Source: a bacterium
GTDB taxonomy: Bacteria > Krumholzibacteriota > Krumholzibacteriia > LZORAL124-64-63
Direction: 5' to 3'
Length of the DNA: 33,481 nucleotides
Assembly: GCA_031441465.1 (NCBI GenBank)
Contig: JANOEP010000068.1
Location: 1 to 33,481 of the forward strand
Shown: positions 27,380 to 33,481 of the stretch, piece after piece
Layout of the letters: the number at the start of each line of letters is the position of its first letter
Position numbering within the stretch: position 1 is the first letter of the stretch
Translations under genes and position numbers: made by a program
Notes under the pieces: generated by a model
The model's input: the letters and a program-made list of their open reading frames with translations, nothing else
Told to the model about the DNA's origin: nothing
Database searches by the model: none

Positions 27380-27958
27380 ATGCCGCCGATGAAATCGAAC
27401 CACGCGCTAATCGTCCTGTCGGCCCTGGCCGTCGTCGTCGCGGTGCCCGCCGTCGCCCAGACCGGCTATTCCGTCCTGTGCCTGTCGGCCGCGCCCGGGG
27501 CCTACGTCGCGGAGCTGAGCGTGCCCTACGGCGAGGACTTCGACCTCTACGTCATCCTGGCCGGTCCCGAGGTCGGCGTGCCGCTGTCGTGGCGGCTCGA
27601 CACCGTCGACTGGGCCGTGCTGGGGAGTTGCTGCGGCGGTTCACCGGCGTTCCTGATCGGATCGGAACTCGGGGGCGCTCCGCTCGCCCACGACGGGGAT
27701 CCCGTCATCGGCGTGCGCACCACGTCGGCCGGCTGCGTCCAGCAGGACGTGATCACGCTGGCGCGTTTGAGCTTCACTTGGGTCTACGAACCGACCGGCC
27801 CGTTTTTCCTCGGTGCGGCCGCCCTCGCGCCGGCCTTCTCCTGCGACGGTCCGGCGCAGATCCTCGACGGACGTTCGCTGCGGATCGTGCCGACCGGCAT
27901 CACGCCGGCGGCGGCGGCGTCGAGTTGGGGAGAGGTCAAATCGCTCTACCGCGACTGA
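27380..27958 (+). CDS. Exported hypothetical protein with C-terminal SSWGEVKSLYR motif
   Basis: Signal peptide (ALIVLSALAVVVAVPAVA), five Cys, Ala linker then SSWGEVKSLYRD; GGGAGAG RBS (ATG 27389 is an alternative start). Confidence 0.78.
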   Translation: MPPMKSNHALIVLSALAVVVAVPAVAQTGYSVLCLSAAPGAYVAELSVPYGEDFDLYVILAGPEVGVPLSWRLDTVDWAVLGSCCGGSPAFLIGSELGGAPLAHDGDPVIGVRTTSAGCVQQDVITLARLSFTWVYEPTGPFFLGAAALAPAFSCDGPAQILDGRSLRIVPTGITPAAAASSWGEVKSLYRD

Positions 27959-27972
27959 GCCGGACGACCGCG

Positions 27973-28641
27973 TCAGTCGTCGCCGAGCCCCGAGCGGTAG
28001 CGGCCGCTGACGGGATCCTTGTAGACTTTCACCTGGCGGTACAACTTGATGCCGACCCGGCCAGCCGCGACCTCCCGGAAGAGGTGGTCGAGGCAGCCGG
28101 CGAGGTCGTCCATCTGCTCGCTGATGCTCTCGAGGCGCGCGTGCAGGGCGGCTTCGTCCGTGGTGCCGCCGGCGGTGGAGAGTTCCTCGCGGATGTGGTA
28201 GAGCTTGAGGGCGAGGACCGTGATGCGGTCGACGATGCTGCCCGGGGACTCGGAGTTCAGAGGCGCCCCGGCGCGGGGGAGGCCCTCGCGCGCCAGTACG
28301 CCCATGATTTCCACGTCCAGGGCTTCGATGGCCTGCACGCGGCGGGCGTTGGAGGCGTCGATCGAGCGCTTGACGGCGGCCAGCACTTCGTCGCCGGCGC
28401 CGTGGGCGCGGCTGCGGTCCTCCTCGTGCCACTGGTAGGTGTTCACGAGCTGCAGCAGCTCGGAGATGCCCGCCCAGCCGCGGTGTTCGGGAGCCAGGAT
28501 GTCCAGCGCGTTCTGCCACGAGCCCAGCCGCGGCTCGTGGAGGTGCCAGCGGTCGATGACGTGCCACAGGATGGGCAGCAGCGTGCCGGAATTCGGCACG
28601 GCGCCGGGTTGCAGAGTGTCGGTGGTGTCTGGATGGGTCAT
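27973..28641 (-). CDS. DUF4254-like protein
   Basis: NTYQWHEED..R, KRSIDASNARR...IE.LD, NSESPGSIVDRITVLALKLYH, KLYRQVKVY. Confidence 0.8.
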   Translation of the reverse strand: MTHPDTTDTLQPGAVPNSGTLLPILWHVIDRWHLHEPRLGSWQNALDILAPEHRGWAGISELLQLVNTYQWHEEDRSRAHGAGDEVLAAVKRSIDASNARRVQAIEALDVEIMGVLAREGLPRAGAPLNSESPGSIVDRITVLALKLYHIREELSTAGGTTDEAALHARLESISEQMDDLAGCLDHLFREVAAGRVGIKLYRQVKVYKDPVSGRYRSGLGDD

Positions 28642-28685
28642 CTCCGCCCTTCCCGCCGGGGCTGATCCGAATCGTGGGCGCGGTT

Positions 28686-28714
28686 ACTGTAGGGTATGGG
28701 AGCGGGGGCGGCAA
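28686..28714 (-). promoter_or_regulatory. Putative sigma70 promoter for the DUF4254-like gene
   Basis: Minus strand TTGCCG-N17-TACAGT. Confidence 0.5.
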
Positions 28715-28752
28715 GACCGTCTCCTGCGGTCTCCTGAAGATCGGGAGCGACG

Positions 28753-29793
28753 ATGACGCGAACGACGACGATCCCACGGCTCCTGCTGCTCCTGCTGCTG
28801 CTGTCGGCCGCCGCCGCGCCCGCCGTCGGCGCCCCCGCGGAAGCCGCCCGTCCGGACTTGGTGCCGCTGCACCCGGCGGTCGGCGACACCGTCGACGCCC
28901 GCGAGGCCGCCCGTTGGGGTCTGTTCCCCGACCTGCCGGGACTGACGGGAGTCGTGTTCACGCTCGGCCCGCGCGGCGGCTACCTGGCGCGGTTGACGGT
29001 CGCCGGCGACCCGCCCGGCACGACCCGCGAACGCAACGTGCCGCGTGCGCAGTGGGAGCAGTGGCGCCGGAACCTCGACGCGGGTGAAACCGTCACGGGG
29101 GCCGTGCCGGAGGTGAACCGCGAGTCCGCGGTCTGGCCCGAAGTGCCCTTGCCGGACACCGCCGCCCGTCGCCCCGGGCCGCGTCCCGGTCTGCCGCCGG
29201 CCGGAGCCGGACCGCCGGGCCGCTGGCTCCTGATGACGGACCTCGGCTGGAAGCACGCCACCACCGCCTTCGGCGACTACTTCACCGACATGCTGCGCGT
29301 CTCGGTCGCGGTCGGCCTGCCGCTGGGCGAGAATTTCCTGGCCACCGCCGGCCTGCAGCTGGGCCTCGGCGACCTGCAGGACGACTTCGAGGACCTGACC
29401 AACAACGGCCGCTCGGCCCATTACGGGATCGAACTCGGCGGGCGGGCGTTGCTGCCGGTCGGCGAGCGCACGGACGCGGTGCTGGGCGTGCGCGGCGGGT
29501 ACTACCTGCGCTCCCTGCGCTGGGGCGGCACGCTGTTCTGGGGTTACGGCACGGTCTACCAGAGCGGTTCGCTGGTGCGCGAGATGTCCGACTGGGGCGG
29601 CGGCCTCGACGTCGGCCTGCGCCGGCGTCTCGGCGAGGCGGGTTCCCGCCGCTGGCTCACGGCGACCCTGCACGCCGAGACCTACGCCGCCGACCCGGTG
29701 CTCCTGGAGGACGCGACCAACGGCAACCGGCTGATTGCCGACGATCACGACGACTGGATCGGCGTGTCCATCGGTCTGGTCATGGGCATCTAA
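28753..29793 (+). CDS. Exported hypothetical protein, probable C-terminal outer-membrane beta-barrel
   Basis: Signal peptide (LLLLLLLLSAAAAPAVG), Pro-rich linker, amphipathic Gly/aromatic strands; GGGAG RBS. Confidence 0.7.
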   Translation: MTRTTTIPRLLLLLLLLSAAAAPAVGAPAEAARPDLVPLHPAVGDTVDAREAARWGLFPDLPGLTGVVFTLGPRGGYLARLTVAGDPPGTTRERNVPRAQWEQWRRNLDAGETVTGAVPEVNRESAVWPEVPLPDTAARRPGPRPGLPPAGAGPPGRWLLMTDLGWKHATTAFGDYFTDMLRVSVAVGLPLGENFLATAGLQLGLGDLQDDFEDLTNNGRSAHYGIELGGRALLPVGERTDAVLGVRGGYYLRSLRWGGTLFWGYGTVYQSGSLVREMSDWGGGLDVGLRRRLGEAGSRRWLTATLHAETYAADPVLLEDATNGNRLIADDHDDWIGVSIGLVMGI

Positions 29794-29893
29794 AGGCGGT
29801 CGAGTTTTTCCGTGGCGCACCGCCGGAGCGCTCGTTACGATGAACGGACGCGGTCCCGACCGCATCATGTTCCCGTGGAACCGAGGAGGTCCC

Positions 29894-31363
29894 ATGTCCC
29901 CCTGGATGTCCGAACTGGTCGCGATCCTGATCCTGCTGGTCGTGGTCGCGTTCGTTATCGCCCGCCTGCCGAAGATCGACCTGGGCCATGACCCCGGTTT
30001 CCGCGCCCGCCGCGTGTGGAACTGGCTGCCGCTGGGATTGACCTACGCGTTGCTCTACATGGGCCGTTACAACCTGACCGTCAGCAAGGGCGCCTTCGAG
30101 GAGATCGCCGGCGGCACCGGCGGCTCGTTGATGGGCAACACCGATTTCGGCGTGATCTTCGGCGTGGGCACCGTGGTCTACGGCTTCTCGTTCCTGATCA
30201 ACGGGCCCCTGACGGACCGTTTCGGGGGGCGCAAGGCGATGCTCGCCGGCACCGGCGGCGCCGTGATCATGAACGTGCTGATGGGCCTGGCGACGTGGTC
30301 CCTGCTGCATCAGGGGCCCCTGTCCGGGTTCCTGGCCCGCTCCTTCGTGCCGGTCTTCGCGGTGCTCTACGCGATGAACATGTACTTCCAGAGCTTCGGC
30401 GCGGTGGCCATCGTCAAGGTCAACGCCTCCTGGTTCCACGTGCGCGAGCGGGGCGTGTTCGGCGCGATATTCGGCATCCTGATCTCGCTGGGCATCTACT
30501 TCGCCTTCGACGTGGGAAAATTGATCCTTCGGGGCATGGGCTTGGTCTGGGTCTTCATGATGCCGGCGATCCTGCTGGGCATCTTCTGGATGATCGACGT
30601 GTTTGTCGTGCGCGACAAGCCCTCGCACACGGGACATCTGGACTTCGACACCGCCGACGCCACCTCCGGCGAGACCGGGACGGCGCTCGGCCCGATGAAG
30701 GTGTTCCGGATGATGCTGAGCAACCCCGTCATCATGACCATCGCGCTGATCGAGTTCTGCAGCGGCTTCCTGCGGCAGTCCATCATGCAGTGGTACCGCA
30801 TCTTCGCCAAGCAGACCGACCTGGCGTTGCACCTGAACTCCAACTTTGTGACCGAGCACTGGGGCATGATGCTCTGCTGCGCCGGCATCCTGGGCGGCGT
30901 GGTGGCCGGCACGGTGAGCGACCACGTGTTCCAATCGCGCCGCGGACCGGTCGCCGCCGTCCTGTACGGCGTGTTGCTGCTGGGCGCGATCGTGATGATC
31001 TTCACCTACCAGACGCCGCTCGTGGGCTGGCTGGTGGTGCTGATGTCGATGGCTGTCATCGGAGTGCACGGCATGCTGTCGGGTACCGCGAGCATGGACT
31101 TCGGCGGCAGCCGCCACGCCGGCATGGCGGTCGGCATCATCGACGGCTTCGTGTACCTAGGCACCGGCGTGATGTCCTTCACCTACGCGCGGGTCCTACC
31201 CGAAGAGCAGCTCGACGCCGCCGGCAAGATCGTCGGGCCGGCCACCGATCCGGCCAACTGGCTGGTGTGGCCCCTGACCATGGTGCCGCTGGCACTGTTG
31301 GGCCTCGTCCTGGCCACCCGGGTCTGGAACGCCAAGCCGCGCCAGGGCGGCGCCGCGCATTGA
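29894..31363 (+). CDS. MFS transporter, organophosphate:Pi antiporter (GlpT/UhpC-like) family
   Basis: YALLYMGRYN, GPLTDRFGGRK, YFQSFG, WFHVRERG, GTVSD...RRGP, GIIDGFVYLG; GAGGAGG RBS before ATG 29894. Confidence 0.85.
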   Translation: MSPWMSELVAILILLVVVAFVIARLPKIDLGHDPGFRARRVWNWLPLGLTYALLYMGRYNLTVSKGAFEEIAGGTGGSLMGNTDFGVIFGVGTVVYGFSFLINGPLTDRFGGRKAMLAGTGGAVIMNVLMGLATWSLLHQGPLSGFLARSFVPVFAVLYAMNMYFQSFGAVAIVKVNASWFHVRERGVFGAIFGILISLGIYFAFDVGKLILRGMGLVWVFMMPAILLGIFWMIDVFVVRDKPSHTGHLDFDTADATSGETGTALGPMKVFRMMLSNPVIMTIALIEFCSGFLRQSIMQWYRIFAKQTDLALHLNSNFVTEHWGMMLCCAGILGGVVAGTVSDHVFQSRRGPVAAVLYGVLLLGAIVMIFTYQTPLVGWLVVLMSMAVIGVHGMLSGTASMDFGGSRHAGMAVGIIDGFVYLGTGVMSFTYARVLPEEQLDAAGKIVGPATDPANWLVWPLTMVPLALLGLVLATRVWNAKPRQGGAAH

Positions 31364-31392
31364 CCGAACAACGTCGAGAGGTGCACCGCGTG

Positions 31393-33264
31393 ATGAGGGT
31401 TCTGACGTTCCTTATCGGTTGCCTGTTGCTCGCCGCGCCCGTCCTCGGGCGGGACTACGAACGGTTCAAGGTGGTCGCGGGGGACACGATCTGGCAGGTC
31501 GATCCCGTGACGGTGTTCGGCGAGCGCGTGCCGGCGACCCTGTCCGCCGGCGAGCGCGAGGTCGCGCTCCTGTACGCCGGCCAGGCCGTGCACCTGCCCG
31601 TGCGCGCGCCCGCGGAACTGCTGGCCGCGGCGCCCGGCGTGGCCGTCGGGCAGCGGCAGCTCTACGGGACCCAGGGGGATCTCTCGATCCGCGGCTCCAC
31701 CTTCGAGCAGGTGCGCGTGCTGCTCGGCGGCATGGACGTGGGCGATCCCCAGACCGGCCACCACGCCCTGGACCTGCCGCTCTCCCTGACCGACCTGGCG
31801 CGGATCGAAGTGCTGTCCGGGCAGGGCTCCGTCCTGAGCGGCGCGGGCGCGTTCGGCGGCGTCGTCAACGTGGTGCCGAACCTGCCATCCGCCGAGCGCG
31901 GCGGCGCGGCGGCGCTGACCGCGGGCGGCGACCAGACCCGCGGCGCGCGGTTGCGCCTCGAGTCGGGGCGCGGCGTAGTTCTGGGCGCGCAGGCCGCGGG
32001 CTGGCTCTCCGGCGACTGGTTCCGCACCGACGGGGACCGGCCGGGCACCGATGCCGAGAACCTGACCGTGGCCTCACGCAGCCTCGCGCAAGCCGGCAGC
32101 ACCGAATTCGATCTGCTGGCGGGGTTCGCCCGCCGCGAGTTCGGCGCGCTCGACTTCTACGCTCCCTACCCCTCGGGCGAACGGACTGAGACGGTGTTCG
32201 CCGGCCTGACCGTGCGGCGCCCCCTGTCCGGCCGCGTCGGCATCGAGCAGCGGTTGTACGGCCGCCGGCACGAGGACCGCTTCGTGCTGTTCCGCGACGA
32301 CCCGGCCCGCTACACCAACGACCACCTCAACCGGCGCGCGGCGAGCGAGACGCGCCTGACCGTCGATCTGGGCGCCGGCCTGACGGCGGCGGCCGGTCTG
32401 GACGGCGGTTACGAGGACCTGGACAGCCGCGGCGTGCGCGCGGGCGCCGCGGTCGCGGCCCTGGGCCGCCACGACCGGCGTCACGCGGCCGGGGCCTTGG
32501 AAATCGCCTGGCGCCGCGGCGATTGGCGGGCCACGGCCGGAGCCCGTCGCGACGCCTGGTCGCAGCAGGATCCGGCGACGACGCGCACGGCGGCGATCCG
32601 CTGGCAGGTCGACGACGCCGCGGCGCTGCGGGCCTCGGCCGGCACGCTGCTGCGCATCCCCACGTTCACCGAACTGTACTACGTGGACCCCTCCAACCGC
32701 GGCGACCCGCACCTGCGGCCGGAACATGGCTGGGCCTGGGACCTCGGCGCGACCGTAGTCTCGGGGCCGTGGACCCTCGACTGGTCGGTGTTCGAACGTC
32801 ACGAGAAAGAACTGATCGACTGGGTCCGCCCCGCGAACGCGCCGACCCAGCCCTGGCTCGCCCGCAACGTGGCGACGGGTCGCGTGCGCGGCCTGACCCA
32901 GTCCTACGGGCTGACCACGCCCCGCGGCGACGTCCTGGCCCTGCACCACACGCTCTTCGAAGCGGAGCGGTCCCTGCCCGCGGGCGACGTCGCCAAGTAC
33001 GCCTCCCTGGTGCCGCGCCACCTGCTGGCCGCTTCGGCGACGTTCCGGGTCGACCGCGGTATCACGTTCGGCCTCCAGGCCCGCCACCGCAGCCGCCCGG
33101 ATGACTCCGGGCACGTCGTGGTGGACCTGCGCACGACGTTCGACCGGGGGTCCTGGACCCTGGCGGCTGATCTCGTCAACGCCCTCGACGAAACCTACCA
33201 GGAGATTCCCGGGGTGACCCTGCCCGGACGGACGGCCGCGGTGACCTGCGGCCTGTCCTTCTGA
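31393..33264 (+). CDS. TonB-dependent outer-membrane receptor (BtuB-like plug)
   Basis: Signal peptide, TonB-box-like DPVTVFG, plug SIRGSTFEQV..DPQTGHH..DLARIEVLSG...GGVVN, RIPTFTELYY..GDPHLRPE, NALDETY..PGR, terminal Phe. Confidence 0.88.
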   Translation: MRVLTFLIGCLLLAAPVLGRDYERFKVVAGDTIWQVDPVTVFGERVPATLSAGEREVALLYAGQAVHLPVRAPAELLAAAPGVAVGQRQLYGTQGDLSIRGSTFEQVRVLLGGMDVGDPQTGHHALDLPLSLTDLARIEVLSGQGSVLSGAGAFGGVVNVVPNLPSAERGGAAALTAGGDQTRGARLRLESGRGVVLGAQAAGWLSGDWFRTDGDRPGTDAENLTVASRSLAQAGSTEFDLLAGFARREFGALDFYAPYPSGERTETVFAGLTVRRPLSGRVGIEQRLYGRRHEDRFVLFRDDPARYTNDHLNRRAASETRLTVDLGAGLTAAAGLDGGYEDLDSRGVRAGAAVAALGRHDRRHAAGALEIAWRRGDWRATAGARRDAWSQQDPATTRTAAIRWQVDDAAALRASAGTLLRIPTFTELYYVDPSNRGDPHLRPEHGWAWDLGATVVSGPWTLDWSVFERHEKELIDWVRPANAPTQPWLARNVATGRVRGLTQSYGLTTPRGDVLALHHTLFEAERSLPAGDVAKYASLVPRHLLAASATFRVDRGITFGLQARHRSRPDDSGHVVVDLRTTFDRGSWTLAADLVNALDETYQEIPGVTLPGRTAAVTCGLSF

Positions 33265-33286
33265 CCCTCGTAACGCTGAAATGAAG

Positions 33287-33316
33287 ACGGGTCCCGGGAG
33301 CGCTCCCGGGACCCGT
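33287..33316 (+). terminator. Perfect 30-bp palindrome, likely terminator
   Basis: ACGGGTCCCGGGAGC|GCTCCCGGGACCCGT followed by TTC, 22 nt after the receptor stop. Confidence 0.65.
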
Positions 33317-33342
33317 TTCGTCGGTGGGTGCGGCGGGCAGAC

Positions 33343-33481
33343 CTAGTGTCCTGTCCCGGCAATAGCTATACATAACCGTTCGATCTTGGCCAGGATCGAA
33401 TCGGCGGTTGCGGTCCAGGCGAACGGCTTGGTCTCGCGGTTGTACGTCGCGACGTAGCTCTCGATCTTTGCCACAAGGTCC
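33343..33481 (-). mobile_element. IS630-family insertion sequence, 3' end of transposase and right end (partial)
   Basis: Minus frame DLVAKIESYVATYNRETKPFAWTATADSILAKIERLCIAIAGTGH*, typical of IS630 transposase C-termini; stop TAG lies within a CTAG/TA junction at 33343-33346. Confidence 0.85.

Noticed and set aside
31364..31392. Cobalamin riboswitch ahead of the BtuB-like receptor
   Set aside because: The spacer is only ~30 nt and no B12-box is visible.
231..33373. Many long Arg/Pro/Ala-rich alternative-frame and antisense ORFs (e.g. 231-1430, 4170-5891, 7888-9276, 19999-21834, 29780-31117)
   Set aside because: Shadow ORFs expected at high GC; each overlaps a motif-supported gene and has no recognisable motifs.
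1..33481. CRISPR array, tRNA or rRNA genes
   Set aside because: No repeat-spacer periodicity or recognisable structural RNA signatures seen in any intergenic region.

Overview
High-GC bacterial chromosome segment. Gene order and C-terminal protein signatures suggest an FCB-group lineage such as Ca. Krumholzibacteriota or Latescibacterota (inference). The left end holds a partial hydF, an NFACT/RqcH-like gene and a small outer-membrane barrel gene on the minus strand. A mostly plus-strand housekeeping backbone follows: yicC-gmk-rpoZ-coaBC-udg, dnaB, a Lon-N domain protein, an MBL hydrolase, mlaEFD, a ferritin-like gene, a large S8 protease, radA-ispD-methyltransferase, an MFS transporter and a TonB-dependent receptor. 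The backbone is interrupted by a minus-strand methyltransferase, a lower-GC hipBA-like islet with small genes, and a coupled four-gene minus-strand envelope operon. The window ends in the 3' end of an IS630-family element. The most notable signals are an ~11-bp-phased array of co-oriented DnaA-box-like 9-mers upstream of dnaB, four TAGGC-N8-GCCTA-like operators with a probable leaderless promoter before hipBA, a sigma28-type promoter on an orphan flagellar-rod mini-gene, two ECF-type promoters, an RqcH homologue with altered key motifs, and two different putative C-terminal sorting signals on exported proteins. All calls come from reading motifs by eye; no searches were run.
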